DNA from: Fimbriimonadales bacterium | Lineage (GTDB): Bacteria > Armatimonadota > Fimbriimonadia > Fimbriimonadales > JABRVX01 | DNA length: 33,640 nucleotides | Reading direction: 5' to 3' | Assembly (NCBI GenBank): GCA_045862955.1 | Contig: BTVI01000035.1 | Span: 1-33,640, forward strand | Shown here: in pieces, positions 9,698 through 18,665 of the stretch | How positions within the stretch are numbered: the first letter of the stretch is position 1 | Layout: each line of letters opens with the position of its first letter | Made by a program: the position numbers and the translations under genes | The notes under the pieces: generated by a model | Databases searched by the model: none | Seen by the model: the letters and a program-made list of their open reading frames with translations, nothing else | What the model was told of the DNA's origin: nothing

Positions 9698-10237
9698 TCA
9701 GGCCGTAGCCTCCTGCCGCTCGGCTGCAAGCGCTCGAACCACCAGCTCCGCCGCTCGGTCTCGCCCTACTGCAACAGCTGGATCCAGCCCGAGACCGAAC
9801 TCGAAAACCTCGCGCACCACGACGCCGACCAGGAACGCCGAGACCGGAACTGGTAATCCGAGTCGCTTCGCCAAGCCCAGCGTCGAGGCCACGTCTGTGT
9901 CGTGAGTGCTGTGATACCGACGACCCAAGCACCGCACGTCGTCCAGCGGCAACGTTACGCCCCATTCATCATAGGGAACGAAGGTTTCTGCCGCCTCGTC
10001 CCATCTCCACACACCGATAGCCCCGGGCGCCAATCGGCTGGACACCACAGCGTCCAAGAGCACCAAGCGGTCACAACCCAGCAGGTCGTCGAGCACGCGC
10101 AGCCCGCCGACAGGGGACTCCCGAAACTCGATGTCGTCCCGGTGACCGAGTCGTTGTCTGACCAGACGTGCTATCTCGAGTCCGACGGCATCGTCGGATA
10201 GGAGGTCGTTCCCGAGCCCGACGATGCGGGTGATCAC
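9698..10237 (-). CDS. Hydrogenase maturation endopeptidase (HycI/HybD family)
   Basis: 3' part of track ORF 9698..10879: IVGLGNDLLSDDAVG, LVLLDAV, STH; GTG start overlaps the mvhA stop (GTGA). Confidence 0.92.
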   Translation of the reverse strand: MITRIVGLGNDLLSDDAVGLEIARLVRQRLGHRDDIEFRESPVGGLRVLDDLLGCDRLVLLDAVVSSRLAPGAIGVWRWDEAAETFVPYDEWGVTLPLDDVRCLGRRYHSTHDTDVASTLGLAKRLGLPVPVSAFLVGVVVREVFEFGLGLDPAVAVGRDRAAELVVRALAAERQEATA

Positions 10238-11697
10238 TGCGGATCTCGCCTTCCCTGTGCGACCACGCTTCCGTCGGGTGCGTACACCGTTACGATGAGC
10301 GGAGTCTGGCCGATCGCGTGTGTCGCGCACCCGAAGCAAGGGTCGTAGGCCCTGAAGGCCATCTCCACCTTGTTCAGCGTTCCCTCCGATATCTCGCCGT
10401 TCTTGTGGATTAGGCCTTGGGCTGCGCGCTTGATGGACATGCAGATAGGTGCGTTGTTGTGAGTGGTGCCGACGATGAGGTTCACCTTCTGTGCGATGCC
10501 GTTCTCGTCGGAGATATAGTGGTGGATCAGCGTCCCCCGCGGTGCCTCGACGATGCCGACACCCTCGCCCGGTGTGCCTAGGTCCCGGTTGCGCAAGTCG
10601 TCCGAGCCGATCTCCGGGTCGTTCGTCAGCTCCACCATGGCTTCGGCGGCCTGCATCAACTCGATGAGGCGTGCCCAGTGGGTAGCGAGGGTCGCATGGA
10701 CCGTCCTCCCCAGCGTCTCGCGGAATCTCTGCAACTCGGCGTTCGCGAGCGGGGTCGCCATCGCATCCGATGCGTTGATGCGTGCCAAAGGCGCCGTCCG
10801 ATAGATGCCGCTGTCCTTGCCCTCCACGAAACCCTTCCAACCGATCTTCTTCAGATACGGGAACTTCAGGTAGCTCCACGGCTCCACGTGCTCGGCGATA
10901 TGCTCCAGATACTCCGAGGCAGGGAACTTGGCGAACTCGTTGCCATCGGGGTCCACGACCCGGACCTTTCCATCGTAGAAGTCGGCGCGGTTCTGATCGT
11001 CCACGAGACCCATGTAATAGGTCTTGTGAGCATACATGTCGCTCAAGATCAGATCCTTATAGGCGGTGTTTCCCAAGACCATGTCGTGGAACAGCTGGAT
11101 CGAGAACTTGGCGAACTCCAGCGAGTTCGCAGCGATCTGCTTGGCTTCTGCTATCTCTTCGGCATTCAAGCCCTTCGACACACCGCCGGGCAAGCCGCAA
11201 ATGGGGTGCACCTGACGGCCTGCCAGCATCTCCACGATGTGGTTGCACTCCCTGCGTCGCTTGATCACCTCGCCGCCCGTCTCGAGGCCGACCTTCGCGA
11301 TGACGCCGAGGATGTTACGCTCAGCGACCGGCGCATCGGGCCCTACCACGAAGTCCGGTCCCGCGAGAATGTAGAAGTGGGTGGTGTGATCAGAGACGAA
11401 GAAAGAGTTATACAGTAGCCGTCGCAGCTTCTTCGCCGTCGAGGTAGGCTCGACCTTGAACACCGCGTCCAGCGTTTTCATCCCCGCCATGTGATGGGCC
11501 TCAGGACACACGCCGCAGATGCGTGGAGTGATGTGTGCCACCTCTTCTACCGCGCGCCCCTCGCAGAACTTCTCGAATCCACGCAGCTCCGGTATCTGTA
11601 CATAGGCGTTCGCCACCTCGCCGTTGTCGTCGAGAAAGATCTCGATCTTTCCGTGGCCCTCGAGGCGGGTGATGGGGTCAATAGAGATGGTCTTCAT
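10234..11697 (-). CDS. mvhA: [NiFe]-hydrogenase large subunit, group 3c (MvhA-like)
   Basis: MKTISIDPITRLEGHGKI, L1 PRICGVCPEAH, EAPRGTLIHHY, L2 RAYDPCFGCATH plus a C-terminal extension; AGGAGG SD. Confidence 0.95.
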   Translation of the reverse strand: MKTISIDPITRLEGHGKIEIFLDDNGEVANAYVQIPELRGFEKFCEGRAVEEVAHITPRICGVCPEAHHMAGMKTLDAVFKVEPTSTAKKLRRLLYNSFFVSDHTTHFYILAGPDFVVGPDAPVAERNILGVIAKVGLETGGEVIKRRRECNHIVEMLAGRQVHPICGLPGGVSKGLNAEEIAEAKQIAANSLEFAKFSIQLFHDMVLGNTAYKDLILSDMYAHKTYYMGLVDDQNRADFYDGKVRVVDPDGNEFAKFPASEYLEHIAEHVEPWSYLKFPYLKKIGWKGFVEGKDSGIYRTAPLARINASDAMATPLANAELQRFRETLGRTVHATLATHWARLIELMQAAEAMVELTNDPEIGSDDLRNRDLGTPGEGVGIVEAPRGTLIHHYISDENGIAQKVNLIVGTTHNNAPICMSIKRAAQGLIHKNGEISEGTLNKVEMAFRAYDPCFGCATHAIGQTPLIVTVYAPDGSVVAQGRRDPQ

Positions 11698-11708
11698 GGT
11701 TGGCCCTC

Positions 11709-12680
11709 CTACTCGGCCGCCGCCGCGACCGGCTTGCTCACCAGCGAGCACTTGGCCAGCGAGAACCGCCAGCACAGCCCTGCGATGTCAGGAATCTCGC
11801 TCATGATCTGCTCGATCTCTTCCTCGTCGTTCGAATCGACTGCCGAGGCAATAGCCGCCAACAGCGCCGCGCCCTGGTCCTTGACCCGTGGAGGCGGACC
11901 ATAGCACCCCCGGCAAGGCATGTTGGCATTGATGCACAGATGCCCGCAGCCTCCTCGCGTAGCCAGCCCCGCACAGATGATGCCTTGTTCCATAAGGCAA
12001 GTCTTGCCATCGTCTACTATCTCGTGCGGGCGATAGAACTTCTTGACCTTCTTGTCGTGTCTCTCGCGAGGGCACTCTTCGCACAGTGCCACTTCGCTCG
12101 CTCCCAGCACCGAGCCCTTGGGTGGTAGGTTGCCGGAAAGGATGATCTCGAAAGCCTTGGCCACAGTATTTGGAGCGGGCGAGCAACCTGGGATGAAGTA
12201 GTCTACGTCCACTACGTCTTCCAGGGCCCACACATGGTCCCACAGGACCGGAAGCGTCAGCTTGCCTTCGGGCACCTGCGTTTCGGGACCCGGCAGAATC
12301 CCCTCGGCATTCGTGGTGGAAGGCGTCTCCTTGAACACGCGGTCCATCAACGCTTCCTTGCTGTAGAAGTTGGCTAGACCGGGGATGCACCCCTCGCTGG
12401 CACACGAGCCGAACGCAACCATGAGCTTGCTCTTCTGCCGAAGGAGCTTCGCGATGTGCTCGTTTTCGCTGGAGCGGATCGCGCCGTTGAAGAACGTGAC
12501 ATCGATAGACTTGTCCTCCATCGCCTCGACATCCTTGTACTTGGCGTCGATCGCGACAGGCCAGAACACGATTTCGACCTGAGCAGTAACATCGAGCAGC
12601 TTCTCGTGCAGCTCCAGCACAGCGATCTCGCATCCGCCGCAGCTTGCAGCCCAGTAGAAAGCAACTTTCGGTTTCGCCAT
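11709..12680 (-). CDS. mvhG: [NiFe]-hydrogenase small subunit (MvhG-like)
   Basis: ASCGGCE, FFNGAIR, AFGSCASEGCIPGLAN, IPGCSP, CEEC, CLMEQGIICAG, CINANMPCRGC. Confidence 0.94.
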   Translation of the reverse strand: MAKPKVAFYWAASCGGCEIAVLELHEKLLDVTAQVEIVFWPVAIDAKYKDVEAMEDKSIDVTFFNGAIRSSENEHIAKLLRQKSKLMVAFGSCASEGCIPGLANFYSKEALMDRVFKETPSTTNAEGILPGPETQVPEGKLTLPVLWDHVWALEDVVDVDYFIPGCSPAPNTVAKAFEIILSGNLPPKGSVLGASEVALCEECPRERHDKKVKKFYRPHEIVDDGKTCLMEQGIICAGLATRGGCGHLCINANMPCRGCYGPPPRVKDQGAALLAAIASAVDSNDEEEIEQIMSEIPDIAGLCWRFSLAKCSLVSKPVAAAAE

Positions 12681-12684
12681 CCTG

Positions 12685-13140
12685 CTACCTCGCCGCTCCA
12701 ACGGCAGCGGGCTCGCGGACGATGCCATTAGGCAGTCGCTCCAGCGGACCCAGCTCTTTGATCGTCTGAGTGAACTCATTGACCGTCTTCACGAACACGT
12801 CACCCTCCGCAGCGGATACCCACTCGAGGCGGACGCGCCGTGGGTCAATGCCGAACGCCTTGATGGCCTGCGATAGTAGGGTCATACGGCGCAGCGTCTT
12901 GTAGTTCCCTTCGATGTAATGGCAGTCGCCTGGGTGACAACCCGCTACTAGCACGCCGTCCGCGCCCTTCTTGATGGCTTGCAGCACGAACTCGGGGTCC
13001 ACTCGTCCGCTGCACATCACCTTGATAGGTATCACGTTCGGAACGTACTTCGCGCGCATCGTACCTGCGAGGTCGGCACCCATGTAACTGCACCACCGAC
13101 ACAGGAAGCCGATAATCTTAGGCTCGTATTCCTGGCTCAC
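12685..13140 (-). CDS. mvhD: MvhD/FlpD [2Fe-2S] subunit
   Basis: FLCRWCSYMGADLAG, MCSGRVDP, GCHPGDCHY; GTG overlaps the hdrA stop (TAGTG). Confidence 0.95.
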   Translation of the reverse strand: MSQEYEPKIIGFLCRWCSYMGADLAGTMRAKYVPNVIPIKVMCSGRVDPEFVLQAIKKGADGVLVAGCHPGDCHYIEGNYKTLRRMTLLSQAIKAFGIDPRRVRLEWVSAAEGDVFVKTVNEFTQTIKELGPLERLPNGIVREPAAVGAAR

Positions 13141-15230
13141 TACGCACCTCCTCCGGGAGCGCCTACAGGCTCCGGCTCTCCGAAAAGCTCCGAGAGCGGT
13201 AACAACGCTCCGTCCAGCTCAGCAAGCAACTGATCGTCCGAGTACCCCTGACCGGTGATAGCGCTGGATGGACATGCGGCGACGCACGTGCCGCATGCCT
13301 GGCACAAGGCAGGGTTGACTCGGGCCACATTCTTGTCTGTAATGAAGTCGATGGCTCGGTACGGGCATAGCGGTATGCAGGTCCGACACCCGGAGCATGC
13401 CTCCTCTGCGACCTCGGCGAAGAACCCTTCGACCGAAACCTCCCCTTGGTCCATCAGGGCCAGAGCCTGGCCTGCAGCGGCTCCTGCTTGGGCGACGCTG
13501 TCTGGGATGTCCTTCGGACCTTGGCATGTTCCTGCCAGGAAGATCCCCTCGGCCATCGTCATGGCCGGGGCCAGCTTCGGGTGACGCTCGATGAAGAACC
13601 CGGACATCCCGCACGACACACCCAGCATTCGGCCAAGGTCCATCGCATCGTCCTGGGGCTCCAGGCCGACCGCGAGGATTACCATATCCACTGGTACCCG
13701 ACGCCGCATCCCCAGGAGCGTGTCCTCCGCCTCTACCACCAGCTTGCCTTCCTCTTCGGGAGTGAAGGGTACGTCGGACACAGCTGCGCCGCGCCCTCGG
13801 ATCATGATCACTCCCTCGTCCATGACGCGGTGGTAGAACTCCTCGAAGCCCTTGCCCGGTGTACGCATGTCAATGTAGAACTCGTATACGTCGGCTTCCA
13901 ACTTCTCTCGCACCAGGTGTGCGATCTTCAGCGAGTACATGCAGCACACGCGAGAGCAATGGACGTTGTAGTTCTCGTCGCGACTGCCGACGCAGTGGAG
14001 GATTGCCACGGACTTTGGCGGCTCCCCGTTCTCCATGAGGATCTGGCCGCCGGTCGGTCCGCTCGCATTACATAGGATCTCGAACTCTTGGCTAGTGATG
14101 ACGTTGGGCAGCCGACCCCATCCGAGTTCTTTGACCCGCCCGGCGTCGAATACCTTGGTACCCGTCGCTATGATAATCGTACCGACTTCGATGTCGAGAT
14201 ACGAATCCTGCTGATCGAAGTCCACCGCTCCGAGGGTGCAAGCTTCGAGACACTTGTTACACTTTCCAGTCTTGAAGTGGATGCAGGTGTCCTTCTCGAT
14301 GACGGGAAGCTTCGGCACTGCCTGCAGTGTGGGAATGTAGCAAGAACCCATCGGGCTAATGGTTGCCTCGTGGTGGAAAACCTTCACGCCCGCCTTGCGC
14401 TTCTTCACGGCCTCACTCGAGCGCCACTGCGGACACACCTCCCAGCAGTTGCCGCAGCCCACACACAGGTCCTCGTTGATGAAGCGTGCCTTCTTGCGGA
14501 TCTTGGCCTTGAAGTTGCCGAGGTACCCAGACAGCTCCTCGAGCTCGCAGTAAGCAAGCAGCTCGATATTCGGATGGTTCGCCGCTTCGCTCATCTTAGG
14601 AGTAAGAATGCATGCAGCGCAGTCCAGGGTAGGGAAGGTCTTGTCGAAATAGGCCATCCTCCCACCGATCGAAGGCTCGCGCTCCAACAGATACACCTTC
14701 TTGCCGGCGTTCGCGATGGTCAGAGCAGCCTCGATGCCTGCGATGCCACCTCCGATCACCAACGTAGCCGGTTTGATTGTCACCTTGCGCTCCTGTAGCG
14801 CGCGGTTGCGGGCCACTCGGTGAGTGGCAGCGGAGACGATGCTCATCGCCTTCTCGGTAGCCTTCGCATAGTCCTTGGTCACCCACGAGCAGTGCTCTCG
14901 GATGTTAGCCATCTGGAACTGATACTGATTCATCCCCGCGCGAGAGCACGCCGCTCGGAAGGTCTTCTCGTGGAGCGTAGGCGAGCAGGCCGATACCACG
15001 ACACGGTTCAGGCCGAACTCCTTGATGTCGTTCTCGATCAGCTCCTGTCCCATCGAAGAGCACATGTACTTGTAGTCGCGGGACACCACCACGTTCGGAA
15101 GCCCCCCGGCACCCTCCGCGACCTTGTTCACATCCAGATAGCCGGCGATGTTCGTGCCACAGTGGCATACGTACACGCCAATCCTGGGCTCGTCTTTCTT
15201 GATCTCTGGACTGCCGTTGGTTTCAGACAT
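13140..15230 (-). CDS. hdrA: Heterodisulfide reductase subunit A (FAD/FeS)
   Basis: RIGVYVCHCG, NIREHCSWV, VIGGGIAG, KTFPTLDCAAC, CVGSRD, CSRVCCMYSLK, GPKDIPDSV, C-terminal 2x[4Fe-4S] ferredoxin; GGAGG SD before ATG 15230. Confidence 0.96.
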   Translation of the reverse strand: MSETNGSPEIKKDEPRIGVYVCHCGTNIAGYLDVNKVAEGAGGLPNVVVSRDYKYMCSSMGQELIENDIKEFGLNRVVVSACSPTLHEKTFRAACSRAGMNQYQFQMANIREHCSWVTKDYAKATEKAMSIVSAATHRVARNRALQERKVTIKPATLVIGGGIAGIEAALTIANAGKKVYLLEREPSIGGRMAYFDKTFPTLDCAACILTPKMSEAANHPNIELLAYCELEELSGYLGNFKAKIRKKARFINEDLCVGCGNCWEVCPQWRSSEAVKKRKAGVKVFHHEATISPMGSCYIPTLQAVPKLPVIEKDTCIHFKTGKCNKCLEACTLGAVDFDQQDSYLDIEVGTIIIATGTKVFDAGRVKELGWGRLPNVITSQEFEILCNASGPTGGQILMENGEPPKSVAILHCVGSRDENYNVHCSRVCCMYSLKIAHLVREKLEADVYEFYIDMRTPGKGFEEFYHRVMDEGVIMIRGRGAAVSDVPFTPEEEGKLVVEAEDTLLGMRRRVPVDMVILAVGLEPQDDAMDLGRMLGVSCGMSGFFIERHPKLAPAMTMAEGIFLAGTCQGPKDIPDSVAQAGAAAGQALALMDQGEVSVEGFFAEVAEEACSGCRTCIPLCPYRAIDFITDKNVARVNPALCQACGTCVAACPSSAITGQGYSDDQLLAELDGALLPLSELFGEPEPVGAPGGGA

Positions 15231-16113
15231 TGACCGTTCCTCCCTTGAGCTTGGCGATGAGGTCATCCACCGGCTCCAAGTTGGTCTCTAGTGCGAGCTT
15301 GTTGATAGGTGTTCCGAGTGCGTAGGCAAGCAGTTGGGTGAAGTAGACGACGGGCATGTGCATCCGTCCGCGCACCTGCGGCATCCTGTCCTGATACCCA
15401 TCGAGGTTCATCTGGCAGAGCGGACACGCGGTCACCACACAGTCCGCACCCGCACGACGAGCCGTCTCGAGTATCTGATAGCTCAGTTCGACCGCGACGT
15501 CCGTCTCGGTAGACATCAACATGGCACCACAACACCTAGTCTTGAGCGAGAACGGAACCGACGTCGCGCCGCACCACTTCAGAAGCCGATCCATGGTCTG
15601 CGGGTCTTCGCGGTCATCGAAGAGGGCGTACGGACGGACGATCTGGCAACCGTAGTAGCAGGCCACCTTCACATCCTTCAGCGGGTTCTTGATGGCCGCT
15701 TTGATCTTCTCTTCGCCGACGTCGTTGACCAGAATGTCCAAGATGTGACGCACGGGCACGCCGTTCGTGTACTCCACGCCCGCTGCGCGAAGAGCCGCGC
15801 AGACCTCTTCCTTGATCTGCTTGTTCTCCTTCATGTAGTTCTGTGCGGTCAAGAGCACCTTGTAGCATGCCGGGCAGGCAGTCGCCAGGTCTTTCCCGAC
15901 GTTGCCGGCCAGCGCCAGGTTTCGCCCAGAGAGGGCAATCGCACGCTTAAGCGGCATGCCCGAGTAGGCCGCAGTGCCGCAGCAGTTCCAGTCCTCGAGT
16001 TCGTTCAAGGACAGTCCGAGCAACTCGAAGACCTGACGTGTGCTGGTGTCGTACGCCTTTGCGTTACCCAGCAAGGAGCAGCCGGGATACCAGGAGTATT
16101 CGCCACTGTTCAC
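15223..16113 (-). CDS. hdrB: Heterodisulfide reductase subunit B (two CCG domains)
   Basis: YPGC...WNCCG...CPAC and YYGC...RCCG...CPLC. Confidence 0.95.
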   Translation of the reverse strand: MNSGEYSWYPGCSLLGNAKAYDTSTRQVFELLGLSLNELEDWNCCGTAAYSGMPLKRAIALSGRNLALAGNVGKDLATACPACYKVLLTAQNYMKENKQIKEEVCAALRAAGVEYTNGVPVRHILDILVNDVGEEKIKAAIKNPLKDVKVACYYGCQIVRPYALFDDREDPQTMDRLLKWCGATSVPFSLKTRCCGAMLMSTETDVAVELSYQILETARRAGADCVVTACPLCQMNLDGYQDRMPQVRGRMHMPVVYFTQLLAYALGTPINKLALETNLEPVDDLIAKLKGGTVNV

Positions 16114-16114
16114 G

Positions 16115-16690
16115 CTACTTGCCTCCGATCTTTTCGAGCGCTCGAGCCAGCCTGCCAGGGTCCTTGATGCGCTCGCGCTTGAAGAGGTTGAGCCGGCCTT
16201 TGCGCATCATCTTTAGGGCGAAGGGAAACTCCGCGAGCGACTTGGCGATGCCCTTGCCCTTCATGTAGTACTGGCGGCCGAGCACCCCCTCCGAGTTGCG
16301 ACCGTCCTGGTTGACCAAATCTATGAAGATGTTGGTGAGCACGGGAGCGGTGTGGGGGCCACGCACCAATCCGTGCTCTGTGGCCAGCCGCTTCAACTCG
16401 TACATGACGTCCGTAATCTTGATCTGCACCGGACAGCGCACCTGACAGTTGTAACAGGAGGCGCACATCCAGATGGTGTTACTCTCGAGCACCTTGTCCA
16501 GCACTCCGGCTCGAAGCGCCGCGAAGACCTGGCGCGGCGAGTAGTCCATGAGCTTGCTGGTGGGGCAGGAGGCCGTGCAGTTGCCGCACTGAAGGCACTT
16601 TCGCACTCGCTCGCCCCCATGCGTTGCGTACACGTTCTGCAAGAACTTTTCGGCGAGCTTCGAGCCCACCGCGGCAGAAGCGTTGCTCAT
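16115..16690 (-). CDS. hdrC: Heterodisulfide reductase subunit C
   Basis: CLQCGNCTASCP and CASCYNCQVRCP; GGAGG SD before ATG 16690. Confidence 0.94.
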   Translation of the reverse strand: MSNASAAVGSKLAEKFLQNVYATHGGERVRKCLQCGNCTASCPTSKLMDYSPRQVFAALRAGVLDKVLESNTIWMCASCYNCQVRCPVQIKITDVMYELKRLATEHGLVRGPHTAPVLTNIFIDLVNQDGRNSEGVLGRQYYMKGKGIAKSLAEFPFALKMMRKGRLNLFKRERIKDPGRLARALEKIGGK

Positions 16691-16869
16691 CCTAGTTGAC
16701 CTCCAAGTCTTGCGGCTGCTGAAACGGAACCGCGCAGTTGGCAAAAGAACAGGCTAGAAAGGACAGGATCGCTCCGAACGGGCTGAGCGGTGGAACGAGC
16801 GGCTGCAGACCGCGCAATTCGTTCAGAACTTCATGATGTCTCATGGTCTCGGTCATCATTCCCGACGTA

Positions 16870-16887
16870 TCGCGAATGTTTTCACAA
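16870..16887. promoter_or_regulatory. Rex-like operator
   Basis: TCGCGAA-TGTT-TTCACAA versus consensus TTGTGAA-N4-TTCACAA (12 of 14 positions). Confidence 0.6.
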
Positions 16888-16896
16888 GGTATGCAT

Positions 16897-16925
16897 ATGG
16901 TGACACTTGGCGACGGTTTTGTCAA
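16897..16925 (-). promoter_or_regulatory. Putative sigma70 promoter of the hdr-mvh-hyp operon
   Basis: Minus strand TTGACA-N17-CACCAT with an extended-10 TG, in an AT-richer intergenic stretch. Confidence 0.55.
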
Positions 16926-17174
16926 GAGGAAAAGGGCCTCACGTTAATATTTAGCCATGGCGAGGCAAGATTCCACATGCGAGAGAAATAGTTAGCATGG
17001 CTAAGCATCCCCGAATCCCTGCTTCTCTCCTAAGTCGAGCAGAACTCAGGTTCGGCACACCGCCCTCCGGTCTCCTCCACGGCAGCCCGCATACCGCCAA
17101 CGTAGGACTTTCGTCCCCAGTAGAATTGCTGAGGGACCTTGCCGAAACGGGTCGGAAGGGGAATGAGCCGGACC

Positions 17175-18575
17175 CTAATCCCTTCCAGGGATCCCCGGCT
17201 CGGTCATCTTCATCGGATCCAGCACGCGACGCAGCGTCTCCTCGTCCAGCAAGCCCTTCTCCAGCACCACGGCTGGAATGGTCTTCTTCTCCTTGAGAGC
17301 GGTCTTCACGACCTCGGCGGCCGCCTGATAGCCGATGATCGGGTTCAGCGCGGTGGCCAGCGAGGGAGAGGTCTCTGCGTAGTGCCTACATCGCGCCTCG
17401 TCCGCGACGATCCCTTTCACGCACCGCTCCGTGAAAGCCTGCAGCCCCGTGCGCATGATGGTCAGGCCGAACTGCGCGTTCCAGGCCATCACGGGCATCA
17501 TCACATTCAGCTCCAGCTGCCCCGCCTGCACCGCATAGTCGAGGGTGGTGCACAGGCCTAGCACCTGAAAGCAGATCATGTTCAGGTTCTCGGCCATGCT
17601 GGGGTTCACTTTGCCTGGCATGATGGAACTGCCCGGCTGCACCGGCGGCAGTACGATCTCCGCAAAGCCGGTGAGAGGGCCCGAGCAGAGCAGCCGGAGG
17701 TCGTTCGCTATGCGCGTCACCTCCAGCGCCAGATTGCGCAGGGCCCCTGCTAGTGCTCCCATCGGGAGGTTGCTCTGCATCGCCTCGCACAGATCCTCTG
17801 CAGGTCGGAACGGAATGGATGTCCACTCGCGTAGATGGTCCACCACCAAGAAGCGATACTCCCGATGCGTATTCAGCCCCGTGCCCGCCGCGCTTCCTCC
17901 GATGCCCAGCTCCTCCAGTTCGCCCGCAGCATGCATCAGCAAGCGCTCACACTTGGCAACGGTCGCTGCGTAAGCCTTGAACTCCTGGCCTAGTCGAATG
18001 GGAACGGCATCCTGAAGATGGGTACGCCCGGACTTCAAGATGTGGTCGAACTGCTTGCCCTTCTCTCGCAGCGCCAAGCCGAACTCGTCTAGCGCGGGCA
18101 TCAACTCTCCCAGGAGCACCCGCGTGGCGACGCGCATCGCGGTCGGGTAGCTGTCGTTGGTGCTCTGCGCCATGTTCACGTGATCGTTGGGGTGCACCGG
18201 CTTGTTCTCGCCGCGACTGCCTCCCAATATTTCGTTCGCACGGTTAGCCAGCACCTCGTTCGTGTTCATGTTGAAGCTGGTGCCGGCCCCGGCCTGATAC
18301 ACGTCTACCACGAAGTGATCTCGCAGGGACCCGCCGAGCACCTCGTCGGCGGCCTGGACGATGGCATCTGCGGACTCCGCAGGCAGCAGCCCCAGCTTCT
18401 TGTGCGCCAGCGCCGCGGCCTTCTTAATCATCACGAAGGCTTCGATCATGCGGGGGTGTGCCCTCAGGCCGCTGATAGGGAAGTTCTCGACCGCTCGCTG
18501 GGTCTGCGCCCCCCAATAGGCGTTAGCAGGGACGCGCACCTCGCCCAGGCTGTCCTTCTCGATGCGATACTCCAT
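17175..18575 (-). CDS. aspA: Aspartate ammonia-lyase (fumarase/aspartase superfamily)
   Basis: RIEKDSLG, QAGAGTSFNMN, HVNMAQSTND, GRTHLQDAVP, GSSIMPGKVNP; closer to aspartase than FumC signatures; AGGAGG SD with TATACT upstream. Confidence 0.8.
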   Translation of the reverse strand: MEYRIEKDSLGEVRVPANAYWGAQTQRAVENFPISGLRAHPRMIEAFVMIKKAAALAHKKLGLLPAESADAIVQAADEVLGGSLRDHFVVDVYQAGAGTSFNMNTNEVLANRANEILGGSRGENKPVHPNDHVNMAQSTNDSYPTAMRVATRVLLGELMPALDEFGLALREKGKQFDHILKSGRTHLQDAVPIRLGQEFKAYAATVAKCERLLMHAAGELEELGIGGSAAGTGLNTHREYRFLVVDHLREWTSIPFRPAEDLCEAMQSNLPMGALAGALRNLALEVTRIANDLRLLCSGPLTGFAEIVLPPVQPGSSIMPGKVNPSMAENLNMICFQVLGLCTTLDYAVQAGQLELNVMMPVMAWNAQFGLTIMRTGLQAFTERCVKGIVADEARCRHYAETSPSLATALNPIIGYQAAAEVVKTALKEKKTIPAVVLEKGLLDEETLRRVLDPMKMTEPGIPGRD

Positions 18576-18665
18576 GGCTGGACCTCCTCGTGGTCCCGAG
18601 TATACCGAGGAGGCTTGCGACAGTCTGTACGAGGTGCAGCCCCCCCGGGTCTTCCATAGAGCCCC

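Noticed and set aside
10238..10879. Long N-terminal extension of the maturation protease ORF
   Set aside because: Alternate-frame overlap with mvhA; the family match starts at GTG 10237.
16691..17174. Riboswitch or small ORF in the hdrC-aspA intergenic region
   Set aside because: No aptamer motif recognised by eye; ORFs 16692..16925 and 16997..17296 lack recognisable features. An Rfam scan would be needed to exclude an RNA.
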